This document shows positions 17,443-26,269 of a stretch of DNA of 64,000 bases, one piece after another. How positions within the stretch are numbered: the first letter of the stretch is position 1; each line of letters starts with the position of its first letter. The notes beneath the pieces were generated by a model. It worked only from the letters and a program-made list of their open reading frames with translations, made no database searches and was not told the origin of the DNA. The position numbers and the translations under genes are program-made. This DNA comes from a bacterium. GTDB taxonomy: Bacteria; Bdellovibrionota_B; Oligoflexia; Oligoflexales; RGVZ01. The stretch is taken from NCBI GenBank assembly GCA_037134655.1, contig JBAXLR010000002.1, positions 6,888 to 70,887 on the forward strand, written 5' to 3'.

Positions 17443-18966
17443 TTAGCCTTGTGAACGAACGTCCCGGCTTGCCTGTTTTTTGGTCGAGCTGGACTTGGGG
17501 ACAAAGGTCGTCATTGGCACTGCAACTTCGGCTCCGATCTTTAGTCGGGATGCCCGGATGCTGGGGTTAAGGGCTAATATACGCCTGGAGTCGACTCTAT
17601 ACCGCGCTGCGATAGCTGCGATGGTGTCGCCTCGGCGAATCCTATGCACGAGGACGTCTTTCACCTCGATGGCCTCAAGAGTTGGCTCTATGAATCGCCA
17701 CTTGTCAGCTGCATTCACGGAAAGTCGCAGTGGGTAACCATCTCGACCCTGCCGAACCGGAGGGGTTACCGAGTTAATCAGCTCTGGGTTCCAATGACGC
17801 AATAGTTTTTCGGGAATATTTAGCTTTGTCGAAATTTCTATAAGTTGGGACGGTGACTTAACTAAAACCGATGTCGTTGGCAGGGTGTCCAGCGGATCCG
17901 CTGTAACGGCAAAGCCGTGTCCTGCAGGATTAGATGCGAGCTGAAGGGCTGCCAATACTTTTGGCACATAGTTTTTGGTTTCCACCGGTAGGTATGCGGA
18001 ATCAGCTAGTTTCCAGAAATCACTGCTGTGCGTCATACGGATGGCCTTGCGCACGCGGCCTGGGCCGGCATTATAGGCGGCCATTGCAAGATACCAATCC
18101 CCAAACTCCTCGTACAGATCTCGCAAGTGACGAGCTGCGGCTAGCGTTGATTTGGCCGGATCTCTGCGCTCATCGATAAATAGGTTCATTTGTAAGCCAT
18201 ATAATCGTGCCGTACCCGGCATGAACTGCCATGGGCCTGTGGCTTTGGCGTGACTGTAAGCTTGATTTGAAAATCCGCTTTCAACCATGCTCAAAAAAAT
18301 AAACTCTGGCGGTAGGCCCTCTGCTTTCAAGATCGGCACAACTACGTCACGCACAGACTCGCCCCGCACCAGCCATTTTAAAAATGAATTACGTCCGGAA
18401 TTTTTGAAGTAACGTATCCAATGTTCGACCCGGGGGTTGGTTACTACTGGAATAGCCCCAAAGTAAGGAACTGTTTCGCCGACCATACGTGTGCGCGCGA
18501 AAAACAAGGCTTCAACGTCCCTTTGGTCGTATGGGGAGCGTGTTGGGTAGCGTCGACGGCGTGTGTGACGTGCAAATTTGAATGCTTTTTCGGGAGTTTT
18601 TGCCTTTGGATTCTCCCTCAGGTACTTATTCTTCAAATATTGGGCGTAAATGTTATCTTTACAAAACTCCGCATCGTCGATTTCCGAAATAAGGTCTTCC
18701 TCTGGCTCTTCTTCGTCAGTGTCCGAAATCTCGTTAATTGGCTCGCCTGAGGTGCTTTCAAAATCGTTTGAATAGTTTTGTTGGCTTAGCGCTGACTTAG
18801 TTTTTCTGGAGGCATCATTTTGGGAGATTTGAACGGAGGCCAATCCGCGTGAGCGTGAAGTCGCACAGCCTGATGCCGCGTACACTGTTAAGAATACGTA
18901 AACAAAAATTTTTGAGACAAACTTCACCGACACAGGTTTGTGTTCTCCTGGGCGAATAGTGCGCAT
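17443..18966 (-). CDS. Membrane-bound lytic murein transglycosylase (MltD-like) lipoprotein with LysM repeats
   Basis: It has the lipobox AASGC and the SLT catalytic region ESGFSNQAYSHAKATGPWQFMPGTA. LysM-like repeats sit at the C-terminus (HRIRRGDTIAAIAARYRV...). Confidence 0.85.
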   Translation of the reverse strand: MRTIRPGEHKPVSVKFVSKIFVYVFLTVYAASGCATSRSRGLASVQISQNDASRKTKSALSQQNYSNDFESTSGEPINEISDTDEEEPEEDLISEIDDAEFCKDNIYAQYLKNKYLRENPKAKTPEKAFKFARHTRRRRYPTRSPYDQRDVEALFFARTRMVGETVPYFGAIPVVTNPRVEHWIRYFKNSGRNSFLKWLVRGESVRDVVVPILKAEGLPPEFIFLSMVESGFSNQAYSHAKATGPWQFMPGTARLYGLQMNLFIDERRDPAKSTLAAARHLRDLYEEFGDWYLAMAAYNAGPGRVRKAIRMTHSSDFWKLADSAYLPVETKNYVPKVLAALQLASNPAGHGFAVTADPLDTLPTTSVLVKSPSQLIEISTKLNIPEKLLRHWNPELINSVTPPVRQGRDGYPLRLSVNAADKWRFIEPTLEAIEVKDVLVHRIRRGDTIAAIAARYRVDSRRILALNPSIRASRLKIGAEVAVPMTTFVPKSSSTKKQASRDVRSQG

Positions 18967-19041
18967 AAAATTTAATCAGCTCATGTCTTATGATAGCGTC
19001 TTGAGTGGGATATTGATAGGTGAAATCCTTGCTCAGCCAGC

Positions 19042-19065
19042 GCACGTTTGTGTACACAAGCGTGC
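19042..19065. promoter_or_regulatory. 24-bp near-perfect palindrome (operator or hairpin)
   Basis: GCACGTTTGTGTACACAAGCGTGC is self-complementary except for one T/G pair. It lies between the tonB-like stop and the mltD-like start. Confidence 0.4.
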
Positions 19066-19094
19066 TAGATACCTGGAATATTAGAGATCTTTGC

Positions 19095-20057
19095 TCAATG
19101 TGACGCGAAGGTCAAAATGTAGTGAAATGAACCTGTGACCACGAGACGATCCTTACCCCAAGTTTTGGGTAATGGGGCAAAAGGGGAGGCTAACTTAATT
19201 GTTTTCACCATGTTCTCGTCCAAACTTTTATAGCCCGATGATTGAACAACACGTACACGACTGACTCTTCCGTCACTTTCAATCACCATTTCAAGTTGCA
19301 CAGCACCCTGCAGCCCTCGTCTAACTGCTTCGGATGGGTAGATCCAAACCATTTCAATTTGTTTACGAAGCCCTGTGAAATAGGAAATATATTTAAAACT
19401 AGATGTATTCATGTCCACTCGGTCGCCCTCGGCGATATTCTTATCCAGTGGCTCGATGAAGCCCCCACTTTTTGGCGCGAAGACATCTTCTGCCTTTTGC
19501 GGAAGGAGTTTCTCGTAAGCAGTCTCTGGTTTTTTTGAGTTTTTTCGCACCGATAGCTGCCCCGGCGCTGCAATGACGCGTGGCACGATGGCGTGTTCGA
19601 TCTTTTTCTCAATGTTTTTTGGTGAAATTTGTGGGGTTGCTACAGGGTTTTTTACGGATTCAGACGCAGGATCTTGCGCTCTAGTTTCGGCAAGTTTCCG
19701 CTCAGATAGGCGGGTTTCTTTTGCGGTAAAGTGGTCTTGCGCGCCGAGACTTGTTGGCGATTTTGGCGGTGCGGTTTCGGTTTGTTTGGTTTCAATAATC
19801 CGTTTTGCCTTGGCTATTTCCTTTTTCGTGGCATCCAGAATGCGCGACTCCTCATTGGTGATCGATCGAATTTTAACACGATCATGATCCAATGGAATGA
19901 TTGGGTCTCGGGCCATTCGTGCACCGAGCCAGCTAGCGACGTGCAAGAGTAAAGATACGATCAATGCAGCAAAAATAATTTTGGGATGCACAGATGGCAA
20001 AGACTGCCATCGGCGATCGTTTTTACTGACCTCGATTTTGATACGGATACTCGTCAA
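19095..20057 (-). CDS. TonB-family energy transducer
   Basis: It has an N-terminal TM anchor, a Lys/Pro/Glu-rich linker and a TonB C-terminal domain (GLQGAVQLEMVIESDGRVSRVRVVQSSGYKSLDENMVKTI). Confidence 0.75.
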   Translation of the reverse strand: MTSIRIKIEVSKNDRRWQSLPSVHPKIIFAALIVSLLLHVASWLGARMARDPIIPLDHDRVKIRSITNEESRILDATKKEIAKAKRIIETKQTETAPPKSPTSLGAQDHFTAKETRLSERKLAETRAQDPASESVKNPVATPQISPKNIEKKIEHAIVPRVIAAPGQLSVRKNSKKPETAYEKLLPQKAEDVFAPKSGGFIEPLDKNIAEGDRVDMNTSSFKYISYFTGLRKQIEMVWIYPSEAVRRGLQGAVQLEMVIESDGRVSRVRVVQSSGYKSLDENMVKTIKLASPFAPLPKTWGKDRLVVTGSFHYILTFASH

Positions 20058-20356
20058 CGTGGGTTTCCATCCTCGTTCAATTTTTAAAAGTCGGCCTTAT
20101 GTTATCGGTAGAATCCTCCCGTGTCCAAATAGCATCCCTAAGATCCACCCAAAATACTTGGATTAAATCCCTGATTTTTGTGTTTCTTTAAAAGGTGTTC
20201 TTGCCTAGACGGGTGTATTTTTAGGCGCAGGGCATGATTGTCCAAGTGATTTTTTGTTTAAACCGACTTGGCCTATTTGGCTTAATCGGTTCAAATTTAG
20301 TTCCCAGCCTGGTGCCAATTTGGCTGGAAAAACCCGCGCGGACAAAGTTTTCTGTC

Positions 20357-20372
20357 TGGCACAACTCCTGCA
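20357..20372 (+). promoter_or_regulatory. sigma54 (-24/-12) promoter candidate
   Basis: TGGCACAACTCCTGCA shows exact GG-N10-GC spacing and lies 68 nt upstream of ATG 20440. Two copies of GCC(T/A)ATTTGGCT at 20271-20282 and 20314-20325 could be an enhancer-binding-protein site. Confidence 0.45.
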
Positions 20373-20439
20373 GTTTTAGATTGCTGAAAGCTCACAATGG
20401 CGTGGGTCGATATGCTCCGTAGGGGCTTGGGAGGGGTTT

Positions 20440-21087
20440 ATGAAGATTCAAAAAGTAATGGGTTGCTTCATCATGTTTTCAATTTCCCAGTGGGCTCTGG
20501 CTCAACAATCGGTGCAATGGGACGTCGGCTCTCCGCAAACAATCATAGCTGGTTCAGGTTGCCAGAAAGATGTGGACGCATTCGCATCGACGAACGGCAA
20601 TGATCTAGCCGTGGTCTTCACACGACTCGGCGTCGATCTTCCTGGTGGAGGTAAGCCTGCATTGGCTGACAGAAAAAACTGCTCCGTGCGAGTTCCGGCG
20701 ACCATCGCCCCCGGCGTTTATATTGGACGGCTTGTGCAAAGGCTAAGCTACGGGGTTATAAAAACCGCTAATTCAACAGGTGCATTGTCGACGCGCAGTA
20801 CTTTTTTCGGGTTTGACGTCAGTCCTTACACGGTCTCATTACCATATGGCTATGCGTTGAATCGTCCATTGATGACCCAGCAACGCGTCGATCAATTCAG
20901 CGTCACGACATCGCCCACCTGGTTCCAGGGCTGGTGTGCGCGCAGTCGAGCTCCGCGAGGATTCTACCAAGCAAATATCGCGGTCTCCGGTCAAAAAAGT
21001 AACCGCTACGAGGATTTAATCATGTTTGTCGACGGTCTTGATCTTAAATACGAAGTTGGGGCTGCTCTGATGCGTTGTCAGATCTGA
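20440..21087 (+). CDS. Secreted DUF4360-like protein
   Basis: It has a signal peptide (FSISQWALA/QQ). GSGC ... DRKNCSVRVPATIAPG matches my recollection of the DUF4360 pattern, and the ~215-aa size fits that family. Confidence 0.55.
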   Translation: MKIQKVMGCFIMFSISQWALAQQSVQWDVGSPQTIIAGSGCQKDVDAFASTNGNDLAVVFTRLGVDLPGGGKPALADRKNCSVRVPATIAPGVYIGRLVQRLSYGVIKTANSTGALSTRSTFFGFDVSPYTVSLPYGYALNRPLMTQQRVDQFSVTTSPTWFQGWCARSRAPRGFYQANIAVSGQKSNRYEDLIMFVDGLDLKYEVGAALMRCQI

Positions 21088-21169
21088 CGGATTTTTTCAA
21101 AAGATGACGGCGAAAAAAATAAACTAGTTCTTGGCAATGTCTAGGCGAAACAACGGAGTGAAAAAAGTT

Positions 21170-21835
21170 ATGAAAAAATTTTTTGTCGCGAACGTGAGAC
21201 TAGCCATGTTGCTGATGACTTTTTTTAGCTCGGCAGCTTGGGCAGGTGATAAAGCGGTTTTGAACGACTGGTTTGCACTTGGTTCAGGTTGTCGAGCCCG
21301 CTCGGATCTTGCGGGGAACGTTGACGTAAAGATGCGATCTGATCTAGGGTCTTCAACTGGGATTCATGCAGCAAAGTTTTTTTTCAAGAACTTTAAATTA
21401 GCAGAGAGCAACATAAGTCGTGATCTTAGGCAGTTTGGCCGTGAGTGTGCTATCAGATTGAACATTAATCCTCCGCCCGGGAAAAAGATTTTAGCTCTGC
21501 GTGCGCAGACAAAATTTGCCATCCGGAAAAGTCAAGGATACGCATTAGATCTACTGTCTGAATTAAAACTAGGTCCGGTGTCTTTGGGGCTTGATCGTCA
21601 AAAGTTTCTTGTCTCTGATGTCCAGGAGTATCGCCCGCATTTAGTTTCGTTGTCTGCTGGGCAGGGTCTACCAACGGGACTACCACAACTGGGTTGTGGC
21701 GAGCCAAAAATAATCGGCTTTGATTACTCGTGGATTGTGAGTGACAAGCAAGCTGGCAAACAAACACTACCAGTTGAACTTACTGACGATAGCTCGCTTC
21801 TGATCGAGGCGGTCCTAGGTGATTGTAGCACCTAA
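21170..21835 (+). CDS. Secreted DUF4360-like protein, tandem paralog
   Basis: It has a signal peptide (MKKFFVANVRLAMLLMTFFSSAAWA/GDK). It shows the same GSGC ... GRECAIRLNINPPPG pattern as the upstream gene. The tracked ORF starts earlier, at TTG 21131. Confidence 0.55.
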   Translation: MKKFFVANVRLAMLLMTFFSSAAWAGDKAVLNDWFALGSGCRARSDLAGNVDVKMRSDLGSSTGIHAAKFFFKNFKLAESNISRDLRQFGRECAIRLNINPPPGKKILALRAQTKFAIRKSQGYALDLLSELKLGPVSLGLDRQKFLVSDVQEYRPHLVSLSAGQGLPTGLPQLGCGEPKIIGFDYSWIVSDKQAGKQTLPVELTDDSSLLIEAVLGDCST

Positions 21836-21851
21836 GACAATCCAATTGCTC

Positions 21852-22607
21852 TCATTTAGGTTGAGCGGCTGGAGGCTGCACCGATGTCAGGTACGAAAAA
21901 AGCTGGCGGTATTCGGGTTCATCGGGATAAATATTTTCAGCTTCAGGGGTGTAGCCCGGGCGATCAGAGTGCGAGACTGGCGCCACGTTTCTACCGATGC
22001 AGTAAGCAAAGGACTCGAGCACAGGGTACTTGAATTTTCCTTCGAGCTTAAGAGGTGTGAGCTGGATCATGATTGAAGCGACCGTCTCTGACCAAGCCTC
22101 CTCCTGTGCAAGTTTTGGATCCGCAGGGTAGGCTTTCCTGTAGCGTTCCATTCTGGTTTGGGTCCACGCATCGGAACGTGCGCTCGCGTAACGTTGCTCT
22201 TTTAGAAAAACAAGTCCATACCAAGCGTGGAACAGCTCATTATAAAATGACGACCACTCACCTTTTGTCCAAGCTTCCGGCTTGTAGGCGGCTGGCATGG
22301 ATATCGTACCACCGTAGAGAATTCCAGGTTGGTAGGAAGGCCAGTCGCCCTCGGCGACTGTAACCGCCGAATCGACCTGAATTAGCTCACGAAAAAATCT
22401 GAGCGGCAACTCCCGTGCGGCTGCTGCACGCATATATCTCATTAAAGGATTATTCTGATTGAGGCTTTGGTCTGATGATTCGACAACTCGCCAAAATCGT
22501 TCGACTTCTCCACTTTTAAGGTGACTGACGTTCTCGCGACCGCAGCTCACTACGGAGGCGGCGAGGCAAAACATTAGGGGCATTGCTCTAAAATCAAACA
22601 AGCGCAT
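21852..22607 (-). CDS. Hypothetical lipoprotein
   Basis: The internal start MRLFDFRAMPLMFCLAASVVSCG provides a lipobox. I recognised no family. Confidence 0.45.
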   Translation of the reverse strand: MRLFDFRAMPLMFCLAASVVSCGRENVSHLKSGEVERFWRVVESSDQSLNQNNPLMRYMRAAAARELPLRFFRELIQVDSAVTVAEGDWPSYQPGILYGGTISMPAAYKPEAWTKGEWSSFYNELFHAWYGLVFLKEQRYASARSDAWTQTRMERYRKAYPADPKLAQEEAWSETVASIMIQLTPLKLEGKFKYPVLESFAYCIGRNVAPVSHSDRPGYTPEAENIYPDEPEYRQLFSYLTSVQPPAAQPK

Positions 22608-22764
22608 GTGACACCTCAAAATGGTTGGCGAAAGTGGCCACCTTCTACCCCACAGAGTGGATATTGCAAGTAAAAACCCCCTGGGACACACTCCGTGTTG
22701 ACATCAGAGGCGTGCTTGTGTGAGTCTAACCCCTTGTAATGAAATGGTGTTCAGTGGGGGAAGC

Positions 22765-23532
22765 ATGAAAATTGTTGCGCGATCGATAGCCTTGGGCCTG
22801 CTGGTTTTGGTGCACATGTTAGCGGTTTCATGCTCGGAAAAAGAATTCGACGCGAATGATCCGAAAAAATCATTTTTGATCGCCAAAGAGCCTTTTGATG
22901 ATGGGTATTATGAAGAGGCCCTTAAGCGACTTGGTGAATTTAAGGCACGCTTTCCGTACAGCCAATATTCAGCTGAGGCTGAGTTACTCATCGCGGATAC
23001 GCACTTTCGCTTGGAGCATTTCGGTGAAGCGGCGGCCGCTTACGATACATTTGTAAAGCTGCACCCAAAGCATCCAAAAACGGTCTACGCCCTCTACCGA
23101 ATCGCTGAAAGTTACTGGGAAGACTCGCCTGACGAGCCAAGCCGTGAACAAGAGTACACGGAAAAAGCGATCGATCAGTGGAAGGAGGTCATTGAAAAAT
23201 TTCCTAATACTGAATTTGCAAGTAAAGCTAAGGATATGGTCACTCAGGGCCGAAGGCGTCTGGCGGCCAGTATTCAATTTGTGGCACGATTTTATTGTAA
23301 ACAGGAAATTTGGCACTCCTGCGCATATCGCTACACAGAGCTCTTGGAAAAATATCCAGAGCAGAAGGATATGGCGCAGGAAGCACTCGAAAAAGCTGCC
23401 TTTTCCCTGGATCAAGTTGCAGAACAAAAAGAAAAAAACCCAGATAGCGATAAAAATCTTTATCACCGCTCGATGACGGCCCCGCAAATCCGCGAGAAGG
23501 CGGCATCTTTGAGAAGAATATTGAAGGGCTGA
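22765..23532 (+). CDS. bamD: Outer membrane protein assembly factor BamD (YfiO/ComL family)
   Basis: It has the lipobox MLAVSC, with ATG 22765 preceded by a GGGGGA RBS. The TPR-like body is typical of BamD (FPYSQYSAEAELLIADTHF..., HPKHPKTVYALYRIAESYW). Confidence 0.8.
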   Translation: MKIVARSIALGLLVLVHMLAVSCSEKEFDANDPKKSFLIAKEPFDDGYYEEALKRLGEFKARFPYSQYSAEAELLIADTHFRLEHFGEAAAAYDTFVKLHPKHPKTVYALYRIAESYWEDSPDEPSREQEYTEKAIDQWKEVIEKFPNTEFASKAKDMVTQGRRRLAASIQFVARFYCKQEIWHSCAYRYTELLEKYPEQKDMAQEALEKAAFSLDQVAEQKEKNPDSDKNLYHRSMTAPQIREKAASLRRILKG

Positions 23533-23556
23533 GCACTCCTAGGCTACCATAGAGGG

Positions 23557-25383
23557 ATGCACCTCTCGTTTCGACATCAGATTAAAGTCCGCGCCCTGCT
23601 TGGACCCACACTCCTAGCCGCGGGCTTGCTTTCGCTCCTTGCGTTTGCACTCTTTGTCGCTTCGGTTTTGCAGCCAATTTCAGGCGATGTAGCTGGCGCC
23701 GTACGACAGAGTTCTCAGTCCCTGCAAATTTCGTCCCAGATAAAAGATATTCAAGGCCGTGATATCGGTGTTTTTAGCGATCAGGCGCGCTATGTGGTAC
23801 CCATCAAGCAAGTGCCTCGGCACGTGCAGCGGGCATTTATTGCAGCTGAAGACGATCGCTTCTGGAAACACAAAGGCGTAAGTCTCAAAGGTATGCTGAG
23901 GGCGGCCATTGCCAACTTAAAGCGAGATCGATTTGCCCAAGGAAGCAGCACCATCACGCAGCAGCTCGTAAGACAGTTGTTGCTGCCACGCGAAAAAACG
24001 ATCTTTCGGAAGGCACTTGAAATAGTCCTGGCTGCGGCGTTAGAGCAGCAAATGACAAAAAAAGAGATTCTCGAACTTTGGCTCAATAGTGTTTATCTAG
24101 GAAATAATTCATGGGGGGTCGAGGCTGCGGCCCGCCACTATTTTAATAAACATGTTGATCGGCTCACGATAGCAGAGTCTGCCATGTTGGCTGGATTGCC
24201 CCAAGCACCCTCTGCTTACGCCCCTCACCTTAGGCCAAAGTTAGCGCGGAAACGCCAGCTGTACGTTCTCAAGCGAATGCTGAAATTGGGATGGTTGGAT
24301 GAAACGCGCTACACAGCTGCGCACAAGGCCAAGCTCCGGGTGACGAAGCGACGAGAAGAAGTCGTGGAACAAGCGCCCTGGATTACTGAAATGACTCGCA
24401 TCGAGCTCTGGCGCCGTCTCGAGCAAAAGAATCTACCGAGCTCAGGTTTAGTGATTAACACGACCATCAATAAAGATTGGCAGCTAGACTTACAAGGCCT
24501 TGTCCGTTCAAGTTTTCACAGTGTCGCAAAAGATGATCTTGAGATTGCCATTCTCGTTTTAGACGCAAAATCAGGTGCTATTCGCTCATTGATTGGTGGA
24601 TCGGACTTCCAACGTAGCCAGTTTAATCGCGTGGTGGATCTGGAGCGCCCGTTCGGAGCGTCGATCTATCCGCTCCTCTTTGTTTGGGGCATGGAAAAAG
24701 GGTTGATGAATATTCACGGTTATTCCTCAATCGCTGAGGCCGCCGTTAAAAGTCGATTTGGCGAAGCCGAGCAAATCGCCCCAGAACTTGGATACGGAAT
24801 TGTCCGGGAAAAATTATCTGACTGGGGGCTAAAAGTTAATGAGGCCATGGCGATTGACGAGCTCAAAGGCAGCCCGCTGGCTCTTGCGAGGACTTACTTG
24901 CGGATGTCGGAGGGTGGTCAAAAAGGTGCTCAAACAAACGGGTTGATTGCGAGCGTTCATGGTGGCGGCAGGGTGCTCTATCAGCAGACTCCGGAGACAG
25001 TAACGCCCACGACGTCGGAAAATTTTGCATGGGTGATAAGACAGTGGATGGCGCTGGGCTCACAAGCGGATTCTCGCGTGCTGGCAGGTCAACCCATCCT
25101 GAAAGCAATTAAGGGCTGGAATGCTTGGTGGGTAATCGATCGCTCAGATGTGATCATCACCGCATGGCTGGGTGCCGAGCGCGGGGAGCCAAAAACACCT
25201 GAGTCCCTTAAACAAAACGACATAGCCATGGATCTTTTACTGTCAAAGTGGATGAGTAAAAATTTGAGCCCGTCTGCCATGGGTCCAGCGCCTGAAGGTA
25301 TTAGTTATCACATCTCGCCGAGTTCCACGGGATTGCGAATCATGCGCCTACCCATAGTTGTGCCCTCGTCTGGCGCGCTTTAG
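23557..25383 (+). CDS. Class-A PBP-like peptidoglycan glycosyltransferase with degenerate transpeptidase module
   Basis: The GT51 motifs are intact (EDDRFWKHKGV, GSSTITQQ, RKALE, KKEILELWLN). The position of the SxxK box reads RPFGASIYP. Confidence 0.85.
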   Translation: MHLSFRHQIKVRALLGPTLLAAGLLSLLAFALFVASVLQPISGDVAGAVRQSSQSLQISSQIKDIQGRDIGVFSDQARYVVPIKQVPRHVQRAFIAAEDDRFWKHKGVSLKGMLRAAIANLKRDRFAQGSSTITQQLVRQLLLPREKTIFRKALEIVLAAALEQQMTKKEILELWLNSVYLGNNSWGVEAAARHYFNKHVDRLTIAESAMLAGLPQAPSAYAPHLRPKLARKRQLYVLKRMLKLGWLDETRYTAAHKAKLRVTKRREEVVEQAPWITEMTRIELWRRLEQKNLPSSGLVINTTINKDWQLDLQGLVRSSFHSVAKDDLEIAILVLDAKSGAIRSLIGGSDFQRSQFNRVVDLERPFGASIYPLLFVWGMEKGLMNIHGYSSIAEAAVKSRFGEAEQIAPELGYGIVREKLSDWGLKVNEAMAIDELKGSPLALARTYLRMSEGGQKGAQTNGLIASVHGGGRVLYQQTPETVTPTTSENFAWVIRQWMALGSQADSRVLAGQPILKAIKGWNAWWVIDRSDVIITAWLGAERGEPKTPESLKQNDIAMDLLLSKWMSKNLSPSAMGPAPEGISYHISPSSTGLRIMRLPIVVPSSGAL

Positions 25384-25389
25384 TGTTTT

Positions 25390-26136
25390 TTATCGTCCGA
25401 TGCGCTCGAACTTTCCTGATTTTTTAGAATAGTGGCAACTCATGCAGGTGCTTGGCGCGGGCCGATCACCTGCTGGGAAGTGCGCATTGTTAGCTAAATT
25501 ACCATGAATATCATAGACGAAAAAATCGTGATTACCGGAGCCATCTTTTCGTTCTAGTACGATTTCCGTTTCTAAAACTAGCGCTTCCAAATCACCAGTT
25601 GTCGACTCCAACGTTTCTGAAACCGATAAGTTTTGTAATTGGCTGTTGGATCGATAAATAACTCTTGTTTTGTTCTTCACGCGGCTTTTTTTGACAATGA
25701 TCTTTGGCCAAGATTTGAAATTCGTCAGTCGCAAAAAGTCAGATAAAGTCTCTGGGATCAGCACATTTCCACCATGAATATCTCTTAACTGGTAGGCCCA
25801 TGTGTTCCACCATGGACGTATGACATCCAAACTAATTTCGTTTGTACCATCACTGGTTAGATCTTTTAAACCATCCAAAATAGCGGGTGGCAATTTTGTA
25901 ATGTTAATCGTGCCTCCTAGATTGGCTGCACAACCAGGATGGTATGTTCCTCTTAGGGCGTCAAAAACGTAACAACCAAAGCTGCGAGTATATATATCGC
26001 GTGGCGTTGACCCTTGGGGCAGGCGATAATTTATTGTCTCATCGCTGACTAAGTTTGATGGTCGGTCCGCCATCGTGGGTTGGGACGGCATCCACAGTAG
26101 CAATGGTATCAGCGTCAGAATCAGTTTTGGTAGCAT
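25390..26136 (-). CDS. Secreted hypothetical protein with a C-terminal CxxCH motif
   Basis: The internal start MLPKLILTLIPLLLWMPSQPTMA gives a signal peptide. CMSCH is encoded at 25432-25446. The longer tracked ORF would overlap the rluA-family gene. Confidence 0.5.
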   Translation of the reverse strand: MLPKLILTLIPLLLWMPSQPTMADRPSNLVSDETINYRLPQGSTPRDIYTRSFGCYVFDALRGTYHPGCAANLGGTINITKLPPAILDGLKDLTSDGTNEISLDVIRPWWNTWAYQLRDIHGGNVLIPETLSDFLRLTNFKSWPKIIVKKSRVKNKTRVIYRSNSQLQNLSVSETLESTTGDLEALVLETEIVLERKDGSGNHDFFVYDIHGNLANNAHFPAGDRPAPSTCMSCHYSKKSGKFERIGR

Positions 26137-26269
26137 GGGCCCCTCAAAAGGCTTGGACTCAAGGCTACTATCATGGGGGGGAATAGCTGGCAATCGCGTC
26201 TTGACACTGATCTTGGTGAAGGGTAGTTTTCGCGCGTCGCCAAGTCGCAGATCAGGACCCACAACAACA

